This document shows positions 1-13,716 of a DNA stretch of 64,000 nt, in pieces (within the stretch, counting starts at the first letter, position 1; each line of letters begins with the position of its first letter). The notes below the pieces were generated by a model. That model was not told where the DNA came from. It saw only the letters and a program-made list of their open reading frames with translations, and did not search any database. Position numbers and translations under genes: made by a program. Source of the DNA: the human T2T-CHM13v2.0 reference genome, Homo sapiens; the NCBI RefSeq assembly GCF_009914755.1, contig NC_060929.1; one strand, 5' to 3'.

Positions 1-388
1 GCTACAAATGATATGTGAAAACTAGGGTGGCTATAATATTTCAGAAACATCAAAAGCAATTTGAGTAGTTTTTAAGAATAAAAATAATTGTAGACTAAGT
101 AATTAAGCTACAGAGCATTCAAAATACAAATGTACAGTGGGTAGAGGTATTTTCTAAAAGTGTGAACCAAGTATAAATCTTAACTTTTCAATATTTCCTG
201 AGGATAAGAAATTGAGAACCACCTCATGGTATTTTCATATACATCGTAAGCATTGTCAAATAAACATTAGTAACATCAGAAATTACTCTCACCTTTATTT
301 TCACTGTTTTACCTTTTTACCTTGATAAAGCCTACATATTGTCCCAGATAAATGTAAGGTTAGATTCATATCAACAGGCATTAGCTTT

Positions 389-412
389 TGTGTGTGTGTG
401 TGTGTGTGTGTG
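389..412. repeat. (TG)12 microsatellite
   Basis: Direct TG run. Confidence 0.95.
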
Positions 413-543
413 CACATGTGCACTTATATGTGTGTGTATTTGTATTATATACATATATTTTTAACCATGAAATCATGCCTATTTACCTGGGTGTGTTATT
501 TGTATAAAGGTTAAAAACATAATTTTAAAAATTAAGCTACTAT

Positions 544-871
<328 letters not shown>

Positions 872-959
872 TTACTTCCTATAATCTGCCTTATAAGATC
901 TTAGAGAGGAGTTTGTTGTGTATTATATAAGTCATTTGTTTGTCAAATTTCATATTAAA

Positions 960-1320
<361 letters not shown>

Positions 1321-2629
1321 CATATTTATATTTTTTATAAAAACCTAAACCTGGAAATAAGGCATGAAAGGGCTGCATGAACTTTCAATGCCATGTTAGA
1401 GCACAATCACACTAGGTCACCAGGCTTTCTAAGGGAATAAAACTTCTATAACTTACTGTTTAATTTTACCCAGGAGCTGGATTCTGTAAAGTTACAAGAA
1501 AACGTGAAGCAAATTGATAATATGCAAGTTATTTTTGTCTGATAGGATGCAATTGATTTCTGCCTTGTAAAGAAGATAATTCATGTGTTTATGATATTCT
1601 TAATCATTTTTTAAAAAACTAACAAAGCTACCCTTTTCCACAAACTGTTATTTTAATATGCCACTGTGGTTTTTTTAATATTCTCTCTTGAACTATTTTT
1701 TTTTTTGCAATTCTGTTGGCTTACTATTGATGACTTAAAACCTTGACATGCTTGCTATGAATTTATGACAGTTATGCTTTTAACATTTTGTTTTTGATCA
1801 CGTATTTTGTTGGTGAGATTATTTTAAAGCTAGTAGAATTCAGCTAATGAAATGCTTGGCGATATGTATCATTAGGAGGAAACATAAGGTTAAGTGATAC
1901 TTGAGACTGAGGTAAGCTGAGAAAGAGTATCATCTCTGTGTGAAATAGCTTACAATTCTCCACACCATCTGTTCATCACAATCAATGCAATGACCGTCAG
2001 AAGTAAGAGGAAGCAAATCTGTAAACTTCCAATTTAGTGGTGTTTTTAAACCATCATTATCATTAAGGAAAAATTCATTAAATTATCTGTTGTGCTGAGT
2101 AGTATACGGATCAATTTAACAACATAGTTCTTGCCTCCTGGCAGCAGACAAATTAAAATAGATACTAGTGGTAAATTCAAGGGCAAACACATACAAATAA
2201 GTTTATCACCATGAACAGATTAAATGAGTAAGATGAATATTTATTTTAAAAAAGAGAATGTGATGATCCTATGCAGAGTTTTAGTAACACTATAGTCTGT
2301 CTGAACAAGCATGCTGTTACTGGATTAGAACTAGATTTGAACTCCCATTTCAGAACTTTTGAAATTTGATCATGAGAGATGAATGAATATTTTTGTAACT
2401 TTTTATTTTCTCTAAGTCAGTTGGCTAATTGTTATCACTGGGACTCTACTATGAAGTACTGAAAATAAAATCCTAGAAACTATAAAAATTGATTTCTGGG
2501 CTTAAGAAACTTGTTCATACATTGTTTTCTATTAGTCATTCTTGTCTAAATTATGTTATTCTTTTATTATGCCACCTGTTTGTAAGTAATTGTAAAACTC
2601 TGCAGGAACCTTTGAGATGTTTATTTAAA

Positions 2630-2825
2630 AACCAAAGTGTGGGTATTAGGTGGGCTCACTGATACTGGGGTATCATTTTTTCTAGGCTGCTTCAAGAGAC
2701 ACAGGGCTAAGAAATTTAATTATAGCTTCTTATAAATACCTCCACTTTCAGTTCAACCACACAGACTTTTCCCTTACCTTTCCACTATTCATGCTTTCCT
2801 TCCTTTTGTCACAGTGAGGACTCTC
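2630..2825 (-). mobile_element. L1MC3/4-like 3'UTR fragment
   Basis: GGGTATTAGGTGGGCTCACTGATACTGGGGTATCA..TTCTAGGC resembles the L1MC4 3'UTR; the homologous segment occurs on + at 50390-50450. Confidence 0.55.
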
Positions 2826-2871
2826 ACTAGAATCTGTTATAATGTCTCCTCTCTCAATCCTGATATTATTA

Positions 2872-3181
2872 TTATTATTATTACTATTTATTATTATTAT
2901 TATTATTATTACTAGCAGTAGTAGTTGTAATAGTAGTAGTATTTTACAGGGTCTCATTCTGTCACCCAGGCTGGAGTGCAGTGGTGTGATCACAGCTTAG
3001 TATAGACTTGACTGCTGAGGCTCAAGTGATCCTTCCACTTCAGCCTCCTAAGCAGCTGGGACTACAAGTGCGTGCCACTATGCTAAGCTAATTTTTATAT
3101 TTTTTTAGTGACAGGATTTTGCGAAGTTACCCGGGCCTCCCAAAGTGCTGAGATTACAGGCGTGAGCACTGTGCCCAGTGT
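2872..3181 (-). mobile_element. AluJ with (TTA)n/(TAG)n tail and internal deletion, inserted in an old L1 ORF2 fragment (about 2833-3273)
   Basis: J-type GGGCTCAAGTGATCC; 15-bp TSD ATCCTGATATTATTA at 2857-2871 and 3182-3196. Confidence 0.9.
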
Positions 3182-3639
3182 ATCCTGATATTATTAATAT
3201 GTATCTTCTCTCTTCCCTGGTTAACCTGGTTAGGAATTTATCCATTTAATCCTGGAAAATCAGCTTTTGTTTCCTACAAAGTCATGTGGCTGGCAAGAGG
3301 TAGAGTCAGAACATGTGAGATCACGCTCTGATATGTAATGATTTTTCTCTTTCTGGATGATATTTATTTTTAAAGTTAGGCATTCTCTATCTTTAAGTTA
3401 TGATGAAGGCATGGTTTTTGTAGTTTGTCATTGTTCTTGTTGTGTGTTGGTTTTGGAGGGATGATTGATAGATGACTATCTTGGAATCTACTGCTCTCTT
3501 TCTGTATCTGAATTGCAGAATGTAAGTTTGCATTTACTAATCCAAAATTGGTTTAAGAATGTTTTAATATAAATCGTTATTAATTATATTGCTATAGTGT
3601 TATATTAAAAAATACTTAAAGGACATGAACTATTTCTAA

Positions 3640-4360
3640 CTCCTAATATATTACAAATGAGTAAATATAATAAATGATATTTATATCAAAATAGCTGTCG
3701 CCATAATATACGCTGACCAAAAGCTCAATACTTTCATTAATATCAGTGATAAGCCAAGTATATCAGCTATCAATGTTATTAAAAGATTGTTTTAGAAGAT
3801 ATACATAAAGCAATACACCAGGAAAAGGAAACAGAGGTATAAAAGTTGGAGAAAATGAGGAAAATACATTATTTCAAATAATATTTAAATATAATTTGAG
3901 AGTTGACCACTTAAGAACTATGTAATTGTCTAGTATAGTAGAGACAAAAAAAAAAAAAAAACCAGACATTTCAAAGACTTGGTTAAAATAATAACCAGTC
4001 AGAAATCACAAAACTAAATGATCCACATTTTTCAGAAAGAAAAAGGTGTGGAAACAAATATGAAAAACTGAAAATTTACTTAGAATAAATAGTAGAAAAT
4101 AAGAAAATTATAGTTGATGACTCAGTATTGAAATACTATAATATAAATTCTAATGAAATTTGAAATCATGTGGGCAAGTTAATTAAAAACAAAAGAATAA
4201 ATGCTTGTCCATATTGCTTTATGTTTACATAGTTCATCTGGTAGAATAAATATTATTTTGAAAAAAGAAGGGCTCTTAGTGGGAAATACAATACCAAAGT
4301 TTAAAACATACTAGTTAAAACAGTCTGTGATTGGAGCAAGGCTAGATTGATTGTGTATAT
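3640..4360 (+). mobile_element. Ancient L1M ORF2 (RT region) relic
   Basis: Degenerate match to L1 RT, e.g. GCAATACACCAGGAAAAGGAAACAGAGGTATAAAAGTTGGA for [14 protein letters not shown]. Confidence 0.55.
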
Positions 4361-4989
4361 ATGAGAGAATAGCATTTGCCAAGTAAAAAAATATTATATT
4401 TGCAAGATACTTAATATGAAATTATCAATATTTTCCTATTCCTTGTGTACAATATTTGACTAAAAAATCAGTGTGTATGGTATTGTTATTTTTAGAAATC
4501 ATGTGCATTGAAAAATAATTTTAATTAGGCAAAAATTTACTTGTACCTTTTTATATTTTCTAGATTTTGTATAGTAACATAAAATTCAGTGTTTAACAAT
4601 GATTTAGAAAATCTTTTATTCTTTACCTCATGAGTTTAAAATGAGAGATATTTACAATAATTGATTTATGTGTATATTAACTACAGTTTTGTTTATAATA
4701 ATACAATTTTTCAATTTACTTATGTGCTTATATAAAATTAAATAACATTACCTTTTAAAATGAAATTTCAAAGTCTATTTAATATTCAAAATATTGAGTG
4801 AAAAGGCAGTATAAATCTGTATAACTGTGGATAATTATAATATAATGGAAAGCAAAAAAAAAAAAAAACAGAACATTAAGTGTAGTTATCCCTGTCTAGT
4901 GGTATTATACATGGTTTTAAAAAATTACTTTCTATATTAGACACTGAAACTTGTTACAGCAATCAATGAGTGAGAGCTTATTTAAAAGA

Positions 4990-5450
4990 ATGATAAGACA
5001 ATAGTGTCAAATGCTACAAACTCTTTGGTGGGTGGGATGGGGGTTGAAATGTATCACATTTACACCGAAGTCCAACGGTAGGCGTCACCTCTCTGTGGTA
5101 AGTGGTCTGACCAGTCGATGAGTATTAGAGTTATCTACTTTTTAAATGAAGCAGTGAAGGTAGAGAGTGTTAGGGCAATGGTGGAAAACATGGGGTAATA
5201 ATAAAGAGAAGATTTGAGTCTAGTTAAATTGTCAATGGAAAGACCGTTGAAAGAGGGGAAGGGAAAAAATACAGTAGAGAGAGAGTATCATCGAAATTCT
5301 TAAGAGGTAATTTGAAGTTCTTGAGGAAAAAGAAGAAAATAATTGGGATGTAGAACATAGATGAACTAATTAGATAAGTGTTGGATACCTTTGACAAAGT
5401 ATGAAGAAGAGGGAGGTGAAAGATAGAAAATTTTAAAAATATTTAGATAG
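4990..5450 (-). mobile_element. Probable L2 relic
   Basis: GTGTCAAATGCTACA motif and purine-rich + strand typical of antisense L2. Confidence 0.35.
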
Positions 5451-5677
5451 GGGCCAAAATACAAAGTTTTTTTTTGTAATATTTGCAATTTTGTCTTTGA
5501 AATAGAGGACTGGTAGGCTCAATTAAAAGTATTTTAAGGAAATTAACTTTTTTTTGCAGTACAATAATGATATGACTACCTTTAGCTGTGAAATAATAGT
5601 TTTTCAGTCATCAGTTTTGTAACAGTTAAGACACTTAAAATGCCAAATATCATTAAGGCTTTGAGAAATGAGAACTC

Positions 5678-6949
<1,272 letters not shown>

Positions 6950-7079
6950 TATGGACATTGTTATTTCGAGTGAAATTAATATAACCTTTTCGAAGAATTA
7001 TTTAAAATTCTGAGTAAAGTTAGATAGCACTTCTGAAGTCTATCCTTCATAAACTTTCATGTGTTCAAGAAAATAGGCA

Positions 7080-7420
7080 TAAAGATGTTCAACCTAGCAC
7101 TGTTATATTAACAAAGGAATAAAAATAATTTAACTTTCCAACAGAAGGGAAATGAAAAAATTGTGGTTTAGTAGCATGATGAAATGTTACTAGAGACATT
7201 AAAATGAATAAGTTACACATAAATAACTGCCAAAACTTTATATTAAATTAACTCAAGTTTCAAAAAGGTATACATAATTATTAATATCTTATTAGTATAA
7301 ACATTTATTGATAAATTATAAAAACAAATATGGAAGCTATATAAAACAACTTCAGGAAAGTGAGAACCGATTGTCAGCAAAAGAGAATAAAGAGCATAAC
7401 TTTAGTTTCATCTATAACTT
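7080..7420 (+). mobile_element. Old L1ME-type 3' fragment
   Basis: AAGATGTTCAACCTAGCACTGTTATA..AAATTGTGGT resembles the L1 ORF2 end. Confidence 0.45.
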
Positions 7421-7565
7421 TTTGCAATCAGAAATTTCTTAAAAGGCTTATTTATGTAAACCAAATACAGTTATTTATCTAACTGCCTATGTTGAAGACA
7501 GATGAGCGTTAACTGAAGTTGTTACTAATTGGGGACTTAGATAAAAATTAATATGTAATATAAAG

Positions 7566-7936
7566 CAGCACTCCTCAAACTTTTGGCAGGGACCCATTTC
7601 ATGGAAGACAGGGACCCATTTCATTGAACCAGGGACCCATTTCATGCAAGACAATTTTTCTACAGATGGGGTCAGGGAGGTAATTTCGGGATGAAACTAT
7701 TCCACCTCAGATCATGAGGCATTAGATTCTCATAAGGAGTGTGCCATCTAGATCCCTTGCATGCGCAGTTCACAATAGGGTTTGTGCTCCTATGAGAACA
7801 TAGTGCCCCTGCTGATCTGACCTAGGTAGAGCTCAATCCGTAATATTCTCCTGCCGCTAACCTACTGCTGTGTGGCCAGGTTCCTAACAGGCTATGGACA
7901 AGTGCTGGTCCCTTGTCTGGGGGCTGGGGACTCCTG
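7566..7936 (-). mobile_element. MER1B (hAT-Charlie non-autonomous DNA transposon)
   Basis: CAG..CTG termini; GGCATTAGATTCTCATAAGGAG and GCATGCGCAGTTCACAATAGGG core; 8-bp TSD ATATAAAG at 7558-7565 and 7937-7944. Confidence 0.93.
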
Positions 7937-8523
7937 ATATAAAGTATATTCACATGTAAGTTTAAGAATAAGTATTTATGCAGTAGGATATTTGAGAAGA
8001 TAAGTGAAGTAGCCCCGCAGGCTTAACGTCTACCCTGAATCTGTCAAACAACTCAAGGACTGACCCTCATCTAAGAGTTATGATTTTGAAATTGAAACCC
8101 AACACAAATGTTTAAAGATATGTTGAAATGCGAATTAAATTTTTCTGTGTTACATAATATAATATTAGGATTGTTTATTGAAAATTATAGAGACATAAGC
8201 TCAAGGACAAACTGCCTAATGATTAGAAATATATCTATTTAAACACATCCATTGATGAAGAATTTTATACCTCCTAAAAAATCAATTCAGTAGCCCAATA
8301 GGAGATAGGATTTTATAGAAAATGTAAATAATTATGTTCCCCTAACTCAAAATATCAGGATGCTTTTCTCGGAGGTTTATGCATGTATGGCCTGATTGAA
8401 GCAGATTTAATGAATATGAAGATTGTGGTTTAGTTTAGACTAAAAATAATTGAAAGAAGAAAGGATGGGTGGGAAGAAAAGAGAGAGAGAGGCAGGGTTC
8501 TTTTCATGTTTAAAGAAAGTGAA

Positions 8524-8652
8524 GTTCTGAGGTGTTGGTAATGTTTTAGTTCTTTGAGTGGGTGAACTTTCACAAGTGTGTTCAATTTGTGATGATACTG
8601 AGCTGTCTCTACGATTTGTGCACTTTTTGTATGTGTACCTTATTTCAATAAA
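8524..8652 (+). mobile_element. L1ME 3' terminus
   Basis: TTCTGAGGTGTTGGTAATGTT..GATTTGTGCACTTT..TTTCAATAAA. Confidence 0.7.
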
Positions 8653-9569
8653 GAGCTCTGTAGGTCTTAAAATTTGCAAGTTCAGGAAACAAATTGCAGG
8701 TAAAAGTCAACTTGATGAGGTAAGTCTTTTGTATAACACTGTAGGCGTAAAAAGCACCGTGACCTCAAAAGTCATTAAATTTCATTTTTTTACTCTTTGA
8801 GGTTCATAGACGAAAAGCCCAACATGAAGTAAGATAATGAGTCTGTAAAGCTTCTCTGGGGGCTTAATGAATTCAAGGAGAGAAAGGACATTTCAAAGTT
8901 TCCATTACTAAAATATTTATGTCAATATTTAATCAAGCACAGCAGTTTTTCCCATCAGTTTCAATTTTTATTGATCATGGTGTTGAGATATTGGCTTTCC
9001 ATTATTATTTGGATGCACATTATCCCATATCTTATCCAAATATATTTACTTCCTGACTCTCAGTGAACATGGAACAATATGGAAATGAACATTATGATAT
9101 GAAAATGAGGGCTATTGTACTTTCAAATATGGAAATAGAATAGATCTACAAAAGTCCACACAGAAAATCTGGATATGAATTAATAACTACAATTACCAAC
9201 TTGATATTTTTTGTGAAAGGCTTTATGAATTTCTATTTTATCTCCTTTCAGAACCGATTACCTTAAATATAGCTTACATTACAACCAGCTATGATGTATC
9301 AGAGACATTTTCTGGGACATATCTCAAGCATACTTTTAATAGAGGGCAGGGGAGAAATTTGTTTCTTTATAATTTACAGACTCATACCAGTGGTCTTCTT
9401 ACCTTATCCTAGAAGCTACTTATGCTGTGAGTTTATGCAACTGATATCTTAGCTGAACTCCTTTCTGTGGGTATTTTTGGGGAGAGCATTTTGACTTCTA
9501 ATTAATTTTATCTATCAAGTTCTTATGTAAACAAAGCCATATATTTTTCTCATGAACTTTTGAAAATTT

Positions 9570-9701
9570 TCTTATTTTATTTTTAGAGCAGCGGTCTCAC
9601 TCTGTTACCGAGACTGGTCTCAAACTTGTAACTTTGAGCTGTCTTCTCACCTCAACCTCCCAGCTAGCTGGGATTATAGGCATAAGCCATTGTAGCCGGC
9701 T
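9570..9701 (-). mobile_element. FLAM / Alu left monomer
   Basis: Single ~130-bp monomer, GGTCTCACTCTGTT..GCTGGGATTATAGGCATAAGCC, with T-rich tail. Confidence 0.8.
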
Positions 9702-9959
9702 AGTCATAACTTTGTTAATAGGTCAAATGGCAACAATATACAAAATAATAAAATTATGATATTAATGGATAATTTTTGCTAGTATCTCAGAGACAGATAT
9801 TTTGTTCTGCTAAATTAATAATGAAAATAGTTAACATTTTTTGTACTTTACAAACGTAGTCACAAAAATCCTATAAAGCAATTATAATTTTACTTGTTTT
9901 TTGGAGGTGTAAGTTGAGTTTAACTTTCCAGCCCCCAAAACAAAGTTTTTTCTACCCTG

Positions 9960-11213
9960 GCTTACTCCTTGGCACTTCCTTCCACATGTTTTCTATTTGG
10001 TGATGGTATCTTTGTCCTTGTAATCACCTGTGTTCAAAATCCTGGGGACATCTTTGGCTATTTCTTGCTGAAACTCCATTCACCAATTACAGATGGATAA
10101 ATTGTCAATGAAAAATAAAAGAATATAAAACAAAAACCAACAGCTCACAAATATACTAAAAATATCTTACAAGGGGAAAAACTTTCCTAACTATGATATA
10201 AAATATAAAATATGTCATTAAGACTGTCAGAAAACTTTGACCATAAAATCTAAAATGTAAAACATGAACACAATTCTGTATTTTAAAAAAACACAGTATA
10301 AAAGTTAAGAAAAAGACCAACCAGGAAAAATTAGCAAAATATAAAGAACCAATACTACTAATAAGGAAAAATTCTCAAAATCAATTACTGATTTTTAAAA
10401 TTTTTAACAGGAAAATGGTCAAAAGACAGGCAATAAGCAGTTAAGTACAGAGAAAATATAGTTGACTAATTTAAGTGAAAACAAAATGCTCAATCTCACA
10501 AAGAGTTAAGGAAATACAATGGGATGTCAGATTTCATCTATCAGGGAACAAAAGACTGATTAACTCTTGGGGAAAGCGAGGGGAATTAATTATTGAAAAA
10601 AGTATACTTTGGCAACTTTTAAAATTCGGTTAAAAGGTTTATATGTACTTTTCTTACCAATACCAAGGAAAATATCCAAAAAGAAATCATATATCTGGGG
10701 CAAAGTTTTTCCTAAGGGATAGTCATTGTCATAAATAACAACCATGTTAAATATGAGAAAAATGTGACAACTACTAACGTGTCTTAAGAGCTGGGAAATA
10801 AACCCAAACGCCTCTTGACCAAGCGGTGGGCTCTGTTCCTGTAACTGCTTCTGCTTTATGTCACTGTCCACTGTGCTCTCAACTTTTCTGTCCTAAAGGT
10901 TTTTCCCCTAATGTGCTGTTTATTTTCTCGATCAATGTGATGTTATCTCTTCACCTAGTAAACTCTTCTTGATTCTTCATCTCTCACCACCCTCTAGCCC
11001 ATGCCCACCAGTCTTAGGTATCCACAGTAATTTAGGAATGCTCTCTCCTCTCTCATTCCATGTTCAATATCTTTCTCCTCTGCTGTATTTTTAAGTTCAA
11101 TGGAGACAGAGATCATATCTGATGTGTCTGACCTTTGCTGTATGCCTAGCACTTAACTTAATGACCGGCACCTGTTAGGCACTTAATAAATTCTTTCTGA
11201 ATTAACTAATGAA
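9960..11213 (+). mobile_element. L2 3' region interrupted by an old L1M fragment (about 10140-10790, +)
   Basis: L2 terminus GGCACCTGTTAGGCACTTAATAAATTC..TGAATTAACTAATGAA; L1-like AAAATGCTCAATCTCAC in the insert. Confidence 0.65.
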
Positions 11214-11244
11214 ATTACTTTGTATGTATACTATGGAATTCATC

Positions 11245-11308
11245 CTATTTATTCATTACAATGATGTCATGAGTACACTCAACTATTCATCCATTACAAT
11301 GATGTCAT
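11245..11308. repeat. Two-copy local duplication, period 38 bp
   Basis: CTATTTATTCATTACAATGATGTCAT and CTATTCATCCATTACAATGATGTCAT. Confidence 0.85.
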
Positions 11309-11599
11309 AGCATATTTAATGAAAAGTACTTCATGATATAAAACTGATTAAAAGCACTTATTCTCGTACATACCATCCCTAACTCTCAGGTCGCAAGACA
11401 ACTATCTGCTTTGAGGTCATTACAACTAACCACTAATTATGTCTTCAGATATAAGGTCATTGGTCACAAGAAGCTCAAGGCTTCCGGGTATTCCATTATA
11501 CTCTGGATTCTAATCTACATAAGGCACCAAATATAGTTTTTTTTTTTTCCTGACTCTTATTTTCTTCTTTTCCCTAACTCTTTCAACCTTTCTGCTGTA

Positions 11600-12810
11600 C
11601 TCTCCAAAAGCCAACATCAGTTTTCAGTAAACTCTATAACCTCAATGTTTCCTTCTCCTCTTGCTCTAATGAAAACCCAACTTCTCTGAATTAACCCTTT
11701 CCCTTGAAGCCTCCTTAAAAGGTGCTTCTTTTGTTCTTTCATATTTCTCATAGTCTGGAGCCTGAAGTAGAAGAGGTATTCTCCTTGCTCATTACCTTTT
11801 CCAGACTATCTTTACTCCTTCTAAAACATCTTCAGCTTCTCATGTTCGGTATTACCAGACAATATGTTCCAGCAATACCCTTCCATCACACACATCACTT
11901 CTACTTAAACCTTGAAGATTTTTAGTCACTGGGATCCTCCTAATTATACTCCTTTCTCTTGGTCATGATCTATACAATTATATAACCTGTAACTGCAGGT
12001 TTGATAGTCTCAATTTTAAGCACCCCCACTTGCTGCCAATTACATATGAGTTTTTCAGTTCATCTTTTTTTTGGCCTACTTTATCGACTCCTTGACACCA
12101 AGAAATATTAGTGCAGTCTATACATTGAGTTCTTTCCTTAAACTCTTTAAATTCTATAACTCTTCATTATAATTAGTTTCTTATATAAAAGTCAAATTTC
12201 TTACCCATATTCCTTTCATTGTATTTGTCTAGGAAGCATCCAATTTTGGTTCCACGCAACTGCAACAAGCTGGAAAAATAAAACCCACAAAACAGTGCTG
12301 GTATCGTCTCATTTCAAATTCATGGTTATTAATCTTAAGTGGGTCTTTATTACTGTGTAGCAACCTTCCTAAATATCCCTAGTCAATCTCCTCCACTCTC
12401 CTAGATGATGTTTTCATACTGATGTTTTGTGTTCTCAGGTACTCTTAATGCTTTCCTCACTCTCATCACATAGCTTAGCTCCTTTTATGAGAAGAAACCT
12501 GGAAAAATAAGAATCCTAGTCTTTCCACAAGTATCAACTACTTCATCATCCCCACTCAACTCCATCTGTATGTTTTTCCTTTCCTCTGTTTGTTTGGATT
12601 AATTTTCTGTGTTCCTGTCTGAGGAAACCCCCCCCACTTGCACACTAGATACACCGTTTGTTACCTTTTTCACTCCACAAATCCTTCTTTCCTGAATCAT
12701 TTTTTTCTTCCTCTCTACCAGATCATGCCTACCAGCTTAGCAAAAAAAAAAATGCTATTATTTCTGTCATCTAAAGAAAGAATCTCTATTGATCAGAATC
12801 CCCTCAGCTA
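11600..12810 (+). mobile_element. L2 internal (endonuclease-region) relic
   Basis: CTTGCTCTAATGAAAACC (LALTET-like) and GGAGCCTGAAGTAGAAGAGGTATTCTCCTTGCTC (GGGVGVLL-like); pyrimidine-rich + strand. Confidence 0.65.
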
Positions 12811-13319
12811 CCGTTTTTCTTCCAGGGTACCACACACACACATACACAAGGGTAAATCGACTTTACTCTTTTCCAAAAACAGTAATGTATTCTTCCTTGG
12901 TACATGATTATCATTCTCAAGACCTTTTCTTTTCAGACTGAACTATTTGACTGCACAAGTTTCCTCTATTGGTTCCTGGGGTCAGTATCTGAGACATCAT
13001 CTAAAACTAGGGAAGGGTGCTCAGGGGAGAATTCCTGTCTCTGGAATTCAGATTTTATTTTTCCTCACTTCTTGTTGCCCATATAATCAGTATAAACTTC
13101 TCTTTTTGACTTGTGTTTTTGTTCTCGTCCTTAGATAGGGACACTATATTGCTCTTACATGATAAGTCTATGGGCTCTGCAATGATAGAATCCTGGTTTA
13201 TGAGATATTGCAATATTAAAAATGAGACTATGACATTTTATCCATAGCTGGGTTTATAATATACATGTACGAGTATGGTGTGTGCATGTTTCTGATTCAC
13301 TGATAATCAGGCAAGCCTT

Positions 13320-13420
13320 ACTTTCACAAATGAGGAAACTTAGGCCCAGGGAAGTGAATTAACTTTTAAAAATACCATCCACAGAAGAACCAAAGTTAGG
13401 AGAGCAACCTCTGTTCCAAA
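13320..13420 (-). mobile_element. MIR fragment
   Basis: TTTCACAAATGAGGAAACTTAGGCCCAGGGAAGTGAATTAACTT core. Confidence 0.7.
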
Positions 13421-13633
13421 TATCCATACCATGGCTAGACTCACTCGGACTTTGCCCACAAACTGAATATTTTGTCCACATATGAAACAAAATTTATGTT
13501 TGAGTTTTTTCTCATTCCTTGTCACCAAATGAGCTGAATGCTTTAAGAACTGATGGATGGCATGGACATAGACAGAAAGGAGTATTGAAAGGCTGCTGTG
13601 AAAAACCAAAAGATACCTTGTGATTTTGTTGGC

Positions 13634-13716
13634 TATAAAATCCCTTCTGCTTTCTCTCTGGACCATAGCTGTGTTTCTTTTCTCCTTTACCATTGATAAA
13701 GAGAACATCAGTAAGT
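13634..13716 (+). promoter_or_regulatory. Candidate TATA box, initiator and first-exon splice donor
   Basis: TATAAAA at 13634-13640; CA at 13664-13665 (+31); TCA|GTAAGT at 13711. Motif arrangement only. Confidence 0.2.

Noticed and set aside
1474-1542. Acceptor followed by ELDSVKLQENVKQIDNMQVIFV, coiled-coil-like
   Set aside because: No convincing donor, no recognisable protein and no partner exons.
7587-7652. CRISPR-like direct repeats
   Set aside because: 16-bp repeats with 5-6 nt linkers inside MER1B; no cas genes.
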